DNA from: Negaprion brevirostris
Taxonomy: Eukaryota
Reading direction: 5' to 3'
Assembly (NCBI GenBank): GCA_030324005.1
Contig: JARDVH010000132.1
Location: 91,821,905 to 91,885,904 of the forward strand
Length of the DNA: 64,000 nt
In this document: piece by piece, positions 24,803-38,350 of the stretch
Numbering within the stretch: position 1 is the first letter of the stretch
Layout of the letters: the number at the start of each line of letters is the position of its first letter
Translations under genes and position numbers: made by a program
Notes under the pieces: generated by a model
Told to the model about the DNA's origin: nothing
Seen by the model: the letters and a program-made list of their open reading frames with translations, nothing else
The model's database searches: none

Positions 24803-25345
24803 AGAAACACAGAAAATAGGAGCAGGAGTAGGCTATTTGGTCCTTCAAGATTGCTCTGCCATTCATTATGATCATGGCTGAACATCTAATTTAGGAACCT
24901 GTTCCTTTCTTCCCCCATATCCTTTAGCCTCAATAAATATATCTAAATTTTGAAAACATATATCATTTTGGCCTCAACTGCTTTTTGTGGTAGAGAATTC
25001 CAGAGGCCGACCACTGTCTGGATGAAGAAATTTCTCCTCAATTGTCTTAAATGGTTGACCCCACATCCTTCGACTGTTTAGGTCTCCTTATCTGAGAAAG
25101 GATGTTCTTGCTATGGAAGGAGTGCAGTGAAGGTTTACCAGACGGATTCCTGGGATGGCAGGACTTACTTACAAGGAGAGATTGCATTGGTTAAGGTTAC
25201 ATAATGGTTATAGTTTTGGAGTCCCCCGTCATCGAGAACATCCTTCCTACGTCTTACTTGTCTTGTTTTGTTATAATTTTATACGTTATGAGATCCCCAT
25301 CATTCTTCTAAACTCTAGTGAATATAACTTCAATAGACTTAACTT
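24803..25345 (-). mobile_element. CR1 3' fragment with an opposite-strand CR1 piece inside (25079-25203)
   Basis: Minus-strand tail aggagcaggagtagg...; plus-strand SPYLRKDVLAMEGVQ*RFTR. Confidence 0.8.
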
Positions 25346-25694
25346 TGCCCAATTTTATGTTTTTTCTTTAAGTTTCATACTATCTTTAACTTTTTTAGTT
25401 GACCAAGGATGGCATGTTCTCCCCTCAGAATTTTTTTTTCTCATTGAAATGCATTGCAATAATTGCAAATGAGCATGTTCTGCTGAATCTCTTATTTCTC
25501 TACGTGTGTGTTGTTGCACCTGGTTTCTTGTTTGTTAATGCAAGGAGCGTGATAAGTAAACAAACAGGTCACATGGAACTGTGTGGCTAAAGGGAGTAGT
25601 GGGGGAGGGGATGGGTGTGGCACAAGGTTGAAAGATTGCTTAGGGCACTTAATACTCTTGCACTGGCCGAGTGAAGAGGCTGCCCTTTGAACTT

Positions 25695-25855
25695 ATTCAA
25701 GGCTGACTTAGATAGATTCTTGGTAGACATGAGAGTCAAAGGTTATGGGGGAACAGAGAGGAAGATGGAGTTGAGGCAACAATCAGATCTACCATGATCC
25801 TGTTCAATGGCAGAACAAAATGGCCTACTCCTGTTCCTGAGTCCTATGTTCCTAT
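25695..25855 (+). mobile_element. CR1 3' end
   Basis: ttcaaggctgacttagatagattcttgg...tggcctactcctgttcct. Confidence 0.8.
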
Positions 25856-28369
25856 TCCTTCACTTTACTCATCTTGGTATGCCAAACATTCAGCCCACAT
25901 ATGGAGAGGACAGTGAACATGGTTGAAATCTAACATGGCCCCACTACCCTCAATGAGACAAACTTCTAACAAACACAGGATGCCTGCAGATTCACAGATG
26001 GCTGAAAAAAGTGAAGATGTTAGAATTGTAACACAACAGATTTGAATCAGAGAGTGCAGATGGACTCTGGTATAAGACACAGTGGAATTATAAATCTTCA
26101 CCAATAGGTGCTGAAATGTTACCAAAGCCAAATACTTTAAACTAAGCGATATGCCAAGACAACGCTTCACATACACTCCTTAGCATCAAATGCACAACAT
26201 GACCATTGCATCAATTAACTGAGATGAATGTCTATATCACCTCAAAAAGATTTCATTAATTACTCCTTGCTTTTTCTTCTAAGTACCAGGTCATGCCAGA
26301 CAAAAGCCACATAATTCCAATTCAATCTCTCGATATCCTAATTTTCCCAAGAAAATGCACAGTCACTCAACATCCGAATTAAAGGTATTGACCACTAACA
26401 AGGAGTAAAAAGCTTCAGAATTGATGGCTATACTGCCAAATCAGACCCAATTCTCAGATTTCAATCCACTCTTACTGAAACACTGACTGTANNNNNNNNN
26501 NCTCCCTTTTACAATCAGTGCAGCTACAATCATATTAATACATAAGAAAGGTAAGGGCTTCACCCAGTGATCATCATACAGGTTTATTTCAGTTTACAAT
26601 GCTGACTATACAATACTGGCAAAGAACCTACACTGCACGCTAGATGCAGTTTCATCTTGGATGGACCACAAATAGATTTTATATGGACTGCCCCTCAAAG
26701 GACAATGCAGGAGCCCCTTACAATAGAACAAACACACCAGCCCTGGTACGCATCCCCCTCAATTTATCAATCATTTATCAGAACTGAGTGGAAAGTTCTC
26801 CTTAAAAGCTTAAGAGATTGGGTTTTGACAACAATCAGCTCATTGTGCCTTTGATGGTTCTTTGAAAACAAAACTATCCAATGACTGCCTGCTCTCTTCA
26901 CATCCCTGCAAATAGTTACTTTTAAAGCATATAACAAACTCCTGTGCCATATCAATATTTTCATTGGGCTTCAACTGAGTTATGATTGCAAATACACCAT
27001 CTGGACCCAGAGGGCAACAGAGTATGGCACCAAGCCAAGGAAGAAAAATGTATGGATTTAGACTATTACGCCCTCTTGAGGACATTGAAGGCAGAGGGCA
27101 CAGACTCCAGGATGTGGGTGCCACCAAGGCTCTTAGAAATGTGACTTGTGCCACCTGGACAGAGGTGACACTGACACTAAGTGAAATTCCCCTATCCACC
27201 CACCCCTTCCCAGGACTATGCCATTGGGTAAGACTTCACATGGGTTAACAAGATAAACAAGGTAACAGTCTGAGGACATTTGCCATGTCATCCTTTACTG
27301 CAAATCCAAACAGGTCCACTCTCCTTTGCTTACTTTTGGAGTAAAACATCCAGAACTGTATTCTTAAAAAGAGCTTCCGGCTTCTAGCAATCCTGATCTA
27401 CTTTGGGGAAAATATTCAAATTGGCAATTTACAGCTTAGTTTCAATTGCAAGCTATTGGCTTATCGGATATTTCTTTTATCCAATCAGTTTGCATCAGAC
27501 TATATGCTAGGAAACACATACTAATTGTTACAATTCACCTGACTTACAAATAACGGCAAGTTCAACTGTTTTGAGTTACACTTTCACTGCCACTGCGATA
27601 GGGCACATCTAATAGTTTGCATTATATAGCTCCTTTAAAATTTTATCTACACAGGCATGAAGAAAAAATACATCTGCACATATAAAATCAGGCCAGATAA
27701 CTAGCTCCTATCATCTGCCAGTCTTTTGCTTTAGCCTTGCTCCTGGATTACTGGAGAATGGGAAAGTTACTGTATCTCAGAAGATCTTGCCTTCTAAACA
27801 GTTCATCAAGCTTTTTTTATTTTTCTGCCCTTTTAGGTTTCCCTTTTTCACATCTTGTGTTGGAGTTATGAAGGTTGAAAGTTCCAGTTTTTTGGCAAAC
27901 TGTCTTACTGAGAAACTCACTGTGAAAACTTAGCAAGTTGCCAGACTGGAGCTACCCATCTGAGATGTTCATCATTTTTGGCCATATCCAGGCATTCAGT
28001 CTAGGTTTAGAAATGCCTCAGAACATTTTAGTTCACAGAACTTGAGTCTATACTGTAAGCAATGTCAAGTAGATTGTAAATTATGATAAAGCTTTCAGGG
28101 AGACGTCTTTCTTGCCAAGATGCACAGCTTTAATCATATAGATAACAAAGGGAGAAAAATTGCTTAAATTGTGCGGTCTTTTGGGTGAAATTTGCATGCC
28201 CAAGCTGTCCTCAGAAGTGCATCAGCTACCAATTTGGCATCTGGCAATCTCCAAGTGGCTGGGGTATCACTTAGGGGAAGAATTATATTTTTTATCCAGG
28301 TATCTAATGCCATGAACTGGCCATGGGTGCGCCATGTCAGGACATTCCACAGCTCCGGAGACATCAAAG

Positions 28370-28610
28370 GCATGAATAAGGGTTTCAGCCTTGAGACAGG
28401 TTTCAGACCAGAAACTGGGGCAAAATCAGACAATGTTACAGAGGTGGAAAGAGGCGGTATTGGTGATGGTACAAATATGAGATCAGAAACTCATCTCAGG
28501 ACCAAATGTGACACCAAGATTGCAAACAGACTGGCTTAATCACAGACTGTTGCCAGGGAAAATGAGAGAGTTGGTAGATAAAGAACACAGTTTGGAGCGG
28601 GGTCAAAGCT
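28370..28610 (-). mobile_element. L2 ORF2 fragment
   Basis: Reverse frame NLGVTFGPEMSF*SHICTITNTASFHLCNI, like the L2 LGV.FD..LSF..HI..I.K.A.FHLRNI motif. Confidence 0.75.
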
Positions 28611-28806
28611 CCAAGAGCCTCTGAAAATGCCATGGAGGCAATGTTGGTAGCAATAAGGGCAAACATGTCAGGGCTTCTTGAACCCAGGACAGAAAGGCCT
28701 AGAAAAGGATTGTGCAGGCAATACAATGGGAAGTGATGCAGGCTACTGGAGTCAGATGGCAACACACTGGAAAAACATTTTAATAACATTACCAGAGTGC
28801 CTAAGA

Positions 28807-28911
28807 CACATACAAACACGCATACATGCATGCGCACACACACACGTATGCATACACATGCATGAGCACACACACACACACACACACAAACACACAGACA
28901 CACACACACAC
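28807..28911. repeat. Imperfect (CA)n microsatellite
   Basis: Directly visible. Confidence 0.95.
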
Positions 28912-29214
28912 TGAACTGATGTTAGAATCATCACTCATTTTTATGCTATCCATATCCATGCAGTGTAAATTAACAGATGAATGAGACATTAATCGTCACC
29001 AAGAGGGAAGTCATTATTCATTTAGCACGCTATTTTCACTTTAATTTCTTTGGAAATAGCAGCTACTAATTTTAAATTCTGAAAACAGCATATTGTGATC
29101 TAATGGAAATCATTCCCATTTTCATAGTCCCATAGGAATGCTTTGTCTAATAATATTATCCTTCACAATACTTTCTCCTACTTGGACACCGTAAATAATC
29201 CAACACCGCCATCT

Positions 29215-29560
29215 ATGCCATGCTTTACTTCACCAAGTTCCTTAGGCAGCATCTTCCAAATGCACAACCGCTACCATCTAGAAGGACAAAGACAGCAGAT
29301 ATATGGGAAAAGCACACATGGAAGTTCCTGTCCAAGTCACTCACCATCCTGACTTGGAAATATATCACTGTTCTTCCATTGTCACTGAGTCAAAATCCTG
29401 AAACTCCTTCCCTAATAGCATTGTGGATGTACCATGTACATAGAATGCAGTGATTCAGGAAGGCAGCTCACTGCCACCTTCTCAAGGACAATTCGAAATG
29501 GGCAATAAATGCTGGCCTAGCCAGTGATACCCACATCCCATAGGTTAATTTTAAAATAAC
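29215..29560 (+). mobile_element. 3' end of the LINE family seen at 31167-34242
   Basis: LRQHLPNAQPLPSRRTKTAD...SKSLTILTWKYI, then the ctcaaggacaattcgaaatgggcaataaatgctggcc tail. Confidence 0.85.
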
Positions 29561-30739
29561 TTTTATTTGGACTCTAACTTTTCATACTTCTGATACCCGT
29601 GCGTGCCTCTGTTGTTGCAAATTTTATTATTTTTGACAGGGTTTAGTAAAGAATAAACTTATATTTGCTTTGACTCAAGAAAACCTGCTTTGATTGGCTC
29701 CTTATTTGCAGGAAAATACATTTGGATTTAGATGGGGCAAATCGGGACAAATAAATTTTTAAAAATCTTTATTGTGTCTAATTGAGGAGGATGAATAAAG
29801 GGAAGCCAGTTCATTCTTCCTCACCTGGTCATAGCATTCTTCAAGAATCTACTCAACCCTGTGTCCTTTATGTTTATTAGCAAAATTCCTCAGACTCTCT
29901 TCTGGCAGAATTAAACTACAACGGCTAGTCTTCTTTCATGTCACGTGTCACAGAGGCCTGCATCATTTCAGTGATATATTGGGTGGAATCTTATGCTCCC
30001 CTCTTCCTCCTGCAGCGAATTTGGAAATGTTGCAGCATTTATTCAGGTGGGAGAGTACTGGATGGGGACTGTTGCCTCCCCAGCTTCACACTGATTAAAT
30101 CTGGGATGGGAAGGTTCGTGGATAGCCTTCCCACTTGGATGCTAATTGAAACGCTAAAGTGGGCAATTAATGCCCACTTCAGGGTCTCATCATGTCACCA
30201 CTGATATTCAGACAGCACTGGGCAGGACAGCCATCACATTGGAAGCCTGAAAAGCAAGGCCTTATTGTGTTTACTTGCAGGACCCCTCAATAGGTGCCCT
30301 TTGTTCAAAGAGGCATCTGGAAGAGGGCCGCTGGAAACCTCACCCTGCCTTTTCCTCTGACACATCTCCTTCCTTCCTCACCATCCCCTCACAATCCTCA
30401 TTCCTTCCTTTTCACTCACCTTTGCCTTGGCCTCTGGTGGGTGCATTAGTTTAAGTTTATTTATTAATGTCACAAATAGGTTTACATTAACACTGCAATG
30501 TAGTTACTGGGAAAATCCCCAAGCTAGGAGCTACCACCACTCCTGACAGCACTGACTGCAATAGAGAGCTGCCAGTCTCTGATCTCAGGGCTGGGAAGAG
30601 GGAATGAGGAGGGAGTTGATGGGAGGAAGGTAATCACGGTCAGAATTTCAGCCCTGGGATCCTTAATCCTGCAGACAGCCTCATAATGGCCACTTATGGC
30701 AAGTGATTTATAGGCATTTAATACTGTGGTCCTTCCCAG

Positions 30740-31166
30740 CAAAGGCAATATGGGTTGACCTTCACAGTTTGAACCATCTCAAGAAATGTCCTCTGTGCCC
30801 TTTGCCACTGCACAGAGGGATTTCCTGAATGGGCTGCTTCTGTACACCATCCATTACCATGCCCTCGCCCGTCACCCAGATACATCTTGGTGGTCTTGTT
30901 CCTGTCCAACAGCAGAGATGCCCAGTGGAGGCCCCTCTATGAAAGTATCTGGGTGGAGGGTAGTGCACGCAGCAGTTCCATTCATCTGTAAATTGCAGCG
31001 GTTCATGGGCTCCCAAGTAACTTGTCCTATTTGCAGTCTTGTGGAGTCCGCGTATCAGGTCTATGTTCATTGCTTTAGACCACACTCCCTTTTTCATTAT
31101 CTGTAAAACCTTTTATTAATGTTTTGTTTGCACTTCAGTCCCACACTCCTGATGTACAGGCACCTA
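30740..31166 (+). mobile_element. Tx1-clade LINE ORF2 C-terminal (zf-RVT-like) relic, left part
   Basis: GWRVVHAAVP...CPICSLVESAYQVYVHC...LFHYL*NLLLMFCLHFSPTLLMYRH. Confidence 0.8.
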
Positions 31167-34100
31167 GGGACGCGATAGCCTAGTGGTATTATCACTCAAT
31201 TATTAATCCAGAAACCCGGATAATGTTGTGGGGACCTGGGTTCGAATCCTGCCATGGCAGATGGTGGAATTTGAATCCAACAAAATATGTCTGGAATTAA
31301 GAGTTTATTGATGACCATGAAACCATTGTTGATTGTGAGGAAAAACCCATCTGGTTCATTAATGCCCTTTTGGGAAGGAAATCTGCTGTCCTTACCTGGT
31401 CTGGTCTATGTGTGACTCCAGAGCCACAGCAATATGGTTGACTCTTAACTGGTCTCTGGAGTGGCTTAGCAAGCCACTCAGTTGTAACAATCACTACAAA
31501 GTCTCAACAAAGAAATGAAACTGGACAGCTACCTGTCATCAACCTAGGCACCGGAAAAGAAAATGGCAAAAAAAACAAACAGCCCTGTTAACCCTGCAAA
31601 GTCCTCCTTACGAACATCTGGGGGCTAGTGCCAAAGTTGGAAGAGCTGTCTCACAGACTAGTCAAGCAACAGCCGGACATAGTTGTTCTCACGGAATCAT
31701 GCCTGGCAGATAACACCCCAGACACCGCCATTACCATCCCTGGATATGGCCTGTCCCACCGACAAGACAGACCCAGCAGAGGTGGCGGCATAGTGGTATA
31801 CAGTTGGGAGGGAGTTGCCCTGGGAGCCCTTAAACATTGACTCTGGAATCCATGAAATCTCATGGCTTCAGGTTAAACATGGGCAAGGAAACCTCTTACT
31901 GGTTACCACGTACAGTCCTTCTTCGGCTGATGAATCATTATTCCTCCATGTTGAACAACACTTGGAGGAATCATTGAAGGTGGCAAGGGCACAAAATGTA
32001 CTCTGGATGGAGGATTTCAATGTCCACCACCAAGAGTGGCTCGGCAGCAGCACTACTGATCAAACTGTCGGGTCCTAAAGAATATAACTGCTAGACTGGA
32101 TGAAAGAACCAACAAGAGGAAATTACATTCTTGACCCNNNNNNNNNNNNNNNNNNNNNNNNNNNNNNNNNNNNNNNNNNNNNNNNNNNNNNNNNNNNNNN
32201 NNNNNNNNNNNNNNNNNNNNNNNNNNNNNNNNNNNNNCCTCAGGATTACTTGCATGTCAAATGGCAAAAATGGCAAGTGATAGACAGAGCTAAGCGATCC
32301 CACAACCACTGGATCAGATCTAAGCTCTGCACTCCTTCCACATCCAGTCAAGAATGGTGATGGGCAATTAGACAACACACTGGAGGAGGAGGCTTCACAA
32401 ATATCCCCATCCTCAATGATGAAGGAGCCCAGCAGATCAGTGCAAAAGATAGGGCTGAAGCATTCACAGCAATCTTCAGCCAGAAGTGCTGAGTGGATGA
32501 TCCATCTCAGCCTCCTCCAATGGTCTCTGCATCTCAATGTCAGTCTCTAGTCAATTCGATTCACTCCAAGTGATATCAAGGAACGGCCGGAGGCATTGGA
32601 TATTGCAAAGGCAATGGGCCCTGATAACATTCCGGCAATAGTAGTGAAGACTTGTGTTCCAGAACTTGCCGCTACACTAGCCAAGCTCTTCCAGTATAGT
32701 TACAATACTGGCATCTACCAACAATGTAGAAAATTGGCCAGATATGTCCTGTACACAAAAAGCAGGACAAATCCAACCTGGCTAATTATCACCCAGTCAA
32801 CTCTCAATCATCAGTAAAGTGATGGAAGAGATCATCAGNNNNNNNNNNNNNNNNNNNNNNNNNNNNNNNNNNNNNNNNNNNNNNNNNNNNNNNNNNNNNN
32901 NNNNNNNNNNNNNNNNNNNNNNNNNNNNNNNNNNNNNNNNNNNNNNNNNNNNNNNNNNNNNNNNNNNNNNNNNNNNNNNNNNNNNNNNNNNNNNNNNNNN
33001 NNNNNNNNNNNNNNNNNNNNNNNNNNNNNNNNNNNNNNNNNNNNNNNNNNNNNNNNNNNNNNNNNNNNNNNNNNNNNNNNNNNNNNNNNNNNNNNNNNNN
33101 NNNNNNNNNNNNNNNNNNNNNNNNNNNNNNNNNNNNNNNNNNNNNNNNNNNNNNNNNNNNNNNNNNNNNNNNNNNNNNNNNNNNNNNNNNNNNNNNNNNN
33201 NNNNNNNNNNNNNNNNNNNNNNNNNNNNNNNNNNNNNNNNNNNNNNNNNNNNNNNNNNNNNNNNNNNNNNNNNNNNNNNNNNNNNNNNNNNNNNNNNNNN
33301 NNNNNNNNNNNNNNNNNNNNNNNNNNNNNNNNNNNNNTAAGGTCAGAAATGGGGATGTTCGTTGATGATTGCACAATGTTCAGCACCATTCGCGACTCCT
33401 CCGATACTGAAGCAGTCCATGTTCAAGTGCAATAAGATCTGGACAATATTCAGGCTTGGGCTGACAAGTGGCAAGTAACATTTGCGCCACCCAAATGCCA
33501 GGCAATGACCATCATCAATAGGAGACATTCTAACCACCGTCCCTTGACATTCAATGGTGTAACCATCATGGAATCCCCCACTGTCAACATTCTTGGGATC
33601 ACCATTGTCCAGAAACTCAACTGGACTCACCACATAAACACAGTGGCGATAAGAGCAGGTCAGAGGCTAGGAATACTGCGGTGAGTAACTCATCTCCTGA
33701 CTTCCAAGAGTCTATCCACCATCTACGAGGCACAAGTCAGGAGTGTGATGGAATACTCCCCACATGCCTGGATGGGTGCAGCTCCAACAGCACTCAAGAA
33801 GCTTGACATCATCCAGGACAAAGCAGTCCGCTTGACTGGCACCACACCTATTAACATTTAATCCTTCTATCACCAACAATCAGTATCAGCAGTTTGTACT
33901 ATTTACAAGATGCACTGCAGCAATTCATCAAAGATCCTTAGACTGCACTTCGCAACCCATGACCACTTCCATCTAGGAAGACAACAGCAGCAGATACATG
34001 GGAACAGCACCACCTGCAAGTTCCCCTCCTAGCCAAATATATGGAAATATATGGTCGTTCCTTCGCAGTCACTGGATCAAAATCCTGGAATTCCCTTCCT

Positions 34101-34242
34101 AACGGCATTATGGGTCAACCAGCAGAACATGGATTTCAGCGATTCAAGAAGGCAGTTCACCGCCATCTTCTCAAGGGCAACTCAGGATGGGCAATAAGTG
34201 CTGGCCAGCCAGCAACGTCATGTCCCACGAATGAATAAAAAA
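31167..34242 (+). mobile_element. Near full-length, inactivated CR1/L2-group LINE (APE + RT, no visible ORF1) with a tRNA-like 5' head
   Basis: A-box tagcctagtgg (31176-31186) and B-box ggttcgaatcc (31239-31249). APE: NIWGLVPKLEEL...PDIVVLTES...GGGIVVY...EDFNVHH. RT: KAMGPDNIP, MFVDDCT, AWADKWQV. Has stops and frameshifts, two N gaps and an aataaaaaa end. Confidence 0.9.
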
Positions 34243-34620
34243 CCCAGTGTGGAGAGAGGCAGAGAAGGCACAGGACCTCCTCGTGAACCTGCTCCTGGAC
34301 CTAGCCAAATGAGCTATTAACAGGTCCAGGCAGCGGATGACCGAGGGGGTCGTCCAGCCCAGCTGCTTGCCCTCCACTGCAGCTAAATTCACAGCAGGGT
34401 GTCCCTGTGAGGGATCGTGCAGTGTCCAACTGTGCCATTGAGCCCTTCCGTGTTCATTGTGCACCACAGGGACTGGAGTGTATTATCAACCCCTTAAACC
34501 ACATTTTAACTTAATGTTTGAAGTTTCTTTTCCACTTTGATTTTGTTTTGGGTGATTCCTTTCTTGGTAGGGGCTGCCCCTTTTACTTTGTCCCTCAGTT
34601 TATTTGATTTGCAAAAAGGA
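34243..34620 (+). mobile_element. Tx1-clade LINE relic, right part and 3' UTR
   Basis: PVWREAEKAQDLLVNLLLDLAK*AINRSRQR...APQGLECII continues the reading interrupted at 31164; T-rich 3' UTR. Confidence 0.8.
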
Positions 34621-35261
34621 TTGGCAATATGGGTTCTCACCAGGTCTCTAGCTGATGGATAAGATCCCCATCACCCGCATTAAATTCCACCCTTTCTGAA
34701 CTTTCTTTAGTTTCCTAACCCAGTGAGTAATCGATGTGCACATTTTTAAAATAAATTTTTAGTTCTCTTTAAGGATTTTTGCAAGTCATTGCTAAGATCA
34801 GGTGAGTCAAATTTGTACATCATTAATTTTTAAAAAGCAAATTCAGTAAAAATTCATTTTAAACATGATTAATACGATAGCAGCATTTTGTGCCATGACT
34901 GTTATTACAGAAGAGACTAGATGATGAATTAAATAGGTCATTGTAAATCTAAACCATTAATAGAGTTTTATTCTTTCATGTTTTTTTCCATACTACTTTC
35001 TTGTGACATGGATAGCTGAATAAAGATATGAGGGTATGTTAAAGTGGAGGGAGGGGTGATAGATAACTGCGCATACATCATTCACAGCAAAGAAGGCCAT
35101 CAGCTGCCCAGTTATCATCTCCTACATTTGTATGACATTGAAGTTGCTATAGTCTCAGATGGCCATAGGCTGCTCTTCCCTTTGAAGAGTGGAGCAATCC
35201 CTGAGAGGCCAGAATTGGATATCTTGGATATACAGGTATAACTCTATACACTTCAAAAAAT

Positions 35262-35940
35262 CCATGGCCAGAATATTACTTTACTCAGGCAGGCACATGT
35301 CTGTCCCAGAAACATGTGACATCAGGCACATGTCTCGATGTAATCATACACTCATGCAATATTTTGGTCAGTACGTATACATGAGGCAGAAACACACCCA
35401 CTGACAATCAAACAGGCAATTGAGCCCACTAAGAGACCAACTGAACATAATTTTACATGGCCAGTCTGCTTTTACAGTTGGCGCTCAGGGTCAGGCCAAT
35501 TGGCCAGGCAGCCTTTGCGTTTAAGTTGCAACCCCAATCCAGAGTGGGATGAACCGTCCGGGCTGAAATAAAATTAACAAATGTGGTGGGGATTGAGATC
35601 TGTGTATGGTTCTGCTGCCCAGGCACCTGTGGCATAGTTTTACCATTGATATTTATTGTTTATGGGTCAGCAGCTCTCAGAGACAACTTCGCAATGGCTG
35701 TCCTCCTGAGGAAGTAGATTGGAAATGCCAATACAGATCCTTCCTTTTCCTGGTATGTGACCTCTTCCCACCGTCCACAGCAGTGCTGAGCCTTTAATAC
35801 AGCATGTTCCATACTGCATGACCATTAATTGGCTCGCCCCCATGAAATTACAATCTGGGCTGACTGCGGCCAGGAAGATGTTTCACGTCTGTTTCCAGGC
35901 CTGTCTAGTGTTCATATCCAACAGGTGAAAAATTCAGACT
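35262..35940. mobile_element. Non-autonomous Harbinger-type element
   Basis: ggccagaatatt ... gaaaaattcagac, imperfect TIR-like ends. Confidence 0.4.
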
Positions 35941-38064
35941 TGTGATCTTCCCTGAGCCTTCAGTTCTTTATACACATCAAGGCAGAAATATGCTTGTGCA
36001 GTGCAGCTTCAAGCATTAGGCAACTTACATTGATTCCCTGGGTACAGGAAACACTGCAGAATACTACATGCTTAGCCCGGACAGATTCTTCAGTGATATC
36101 AATGAGGAATGTGTGCAGGTCATGCAAATATCCAAAGCCAGAGCCCTGTTTGCCACTAATGAATCAACCCAAGTTTGCTAGCTACGTGAACAAATTTCTT
36201 TTCCGGCTGACGAACAGGTAATGTGTTTCTAGCATCTTCTGTATTTTTTATTTCCAATATTCATGGTTTTTCTTTGCTTCACTACCTACTCAGAATGATC
36301 ATCTGTTTTGTTGAAACACTTTTGTAATGATATCAATAAAGCCAATAACACCTGTGTCATCATGAATGGTTTTTCATATTGTTCATTAATGGAGCTGTGA
36401 AGAGAATTTTAAAACCCCAACATCCCCACTCAATGAGAAACAGCAAGTAAAAGAGAAGTGCAATTGATCAGCATTTGAAAGTTTAACATTTTGTGTGGGA
36501 CTCTTCAACAGAGCATCATGAAAAAAGACTCTGGAACTAACAGCACTAACAAACTGAATGGCACGTGTAAGTTGAAAATTTTAATAGGCCATTCACTCTT
36601 TTGAGGGGGAGGCAAAGAAGGTAGGGTGCAATGAAGAGTATGTGGCCTGTCTCTTTAGTATCTCCTCTCAAATGATCTTTCTGAAACACATGCCTCTATA
36701 GTTGAAAATTCACAGGCTTCTTTTGATTCACCATAATAAAGTGCATGCGGTGATATTTTATTCAGCATGCAGCTTTACTGTGCTACCTCCTAATAGTGAT
36801 AATTGCTCTTGCATTCATAATCAGTGGGGTAATTTTTATCCCCCAATAATGGGTGAATTGGGAGCATGTAGGGACTAGAAGTATTAAATCTTCAAGAGGG
36901 ACTGCAAGTCAGCTTCAACACATTTTCAGACATGTTAGAAAGGTGGCAAACTGGGGATTTAATTATTGCAAGAGGGCAGGTAGTTAGTGGTGCAATTAAA
37001 GGNNNNNNNNNNTTGATGACACCTTTGTAAATTGATTTTAACAGCATTCTAAATTTAACATGTATAGCATGGGGATCCTAGAGTTTAGGATACCAACTAA
37101 TGAAGCAGAAGGGATTGAATTGCCATTTGAGTGGCTATTTAAACTTGTCATTGCCCCATTTGAATAAAAGCTCATTTATTGTAGCTGCTGTCTCTGTTCA
37201 CCCTGGCAATCATTTTGCAAAAAGTATTTAAGGAGATATAGCATTTTTCAACTTTCAAATAGACAGGATCAGGGAGGGAGATATGTTTGATGTATTTGAC
37301 AGCAAAGGTATGGTAGCAGAATGGTATGTTACTGGACTAATAATCCAGAGAACTGGACTAATGATCTAGATATGGTGCCCTGGAATTTTGCTGATTTAGG
37401 AGACCTTTGAAAATAGCTGGCAGGTCCCAATTCTGGGATTTCCAACCCATTCTTGAGCTTTCTGATTTTCATGGGTGCGGCTGATTTAGTTTGCTAGCAT
37501 GCACCCTGAAGTCCTGACTTGACCGGCTCCCTTATGGGGATGGACATGTCCACAATTTTCACAACTATGGCCACCTTTTCAAAGATTCATGGCTAATGGC
37601 ACCTTGGAGATGTTGTAAACTACAGTCTGAGAGAGTCTATGGAAAGGTAAGTTCTAAAGGACCTTATCATGTTCCCTTTGGCAGGTTATGCCTCTCCATC
37701 CATCCCCATGGCTCTCACACACCCGTGCCAAACTGTAGCAATTCCATGTCATTGATCCTCTATACACTATATAGAACCAAATAACTTAATAGTAACTACA
37801 GGATGTGTAGGAAGCAGGCATTCATTCATAACTTTCCATTATGTTAAAGAGAAAGTTATTTTACTACAGGGCAATAAAAGTATCCAGTGTGCGTGACAGT
37901 TAACTGCCTTTTGAAACAGTTTAACAAGTCACTCAGTTGTATTGCATTGTAATGCTGAAGTAAAAAATAGGCAATAATAGATAATAATGATCTTGCCACC
38001 AGATACAACAAAGGAGAATCCAATTCAGTTGACCCTGCAAAGTTCTCTTCACTAACATCAAACA

Positions 38065-38350
38065 TACAAACCTGAGGACAAGGGGCAGAAGTAGGTCATT
38101 CAATCCCTCGCGCCTACTCCACCATTCAACAAGATTCTGGCTGATCTGACAGGAAGCTCAAATCTGCAGCCCGCCTACCACCAATAACCTATCAACCACT
38201 TGTTTATCAAGAATCCATCCACCTCTGCCTTAAAAATATTCAAAAACTCTGCTTGAACCACCTTTTCAGGGACAGGCTTCCAAAGATTCATGACCCTCAG
38301 AGGAAAATATTTGCCTTAACTCCTTTTTACATGGGTAACCTGTTGATTTT
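38065..38350 (-). mobile_element. CR1 3' end
   Basis: gcagaagtaggtcattcaatccctcgcgcctactccaccattcaacaagat...tgccttaaaaatattcaa. Confidence 0.8.

Noticed and set aside
31167-31260. tRNA gene
   Set aside because: A and B boxes are present, but I found no convincing cloverleaf or terminator, and the sequence is shared with SINE copies. It is a retroelement head.
32804-33389. Long X-filled ORFs here and at other gaps
   Set aside because: These are artefacts of N runs.
36048-36218. Plus-strand exon candidate ending cag|gtaatg
   Set aside because: The acceptor is weak and the peptide is unrecognisable.
37280-37291. 12-nt match to miR-190
   Set aside because: There is no pairing 3' arm; the downstream sequence is a SINE head fragment.
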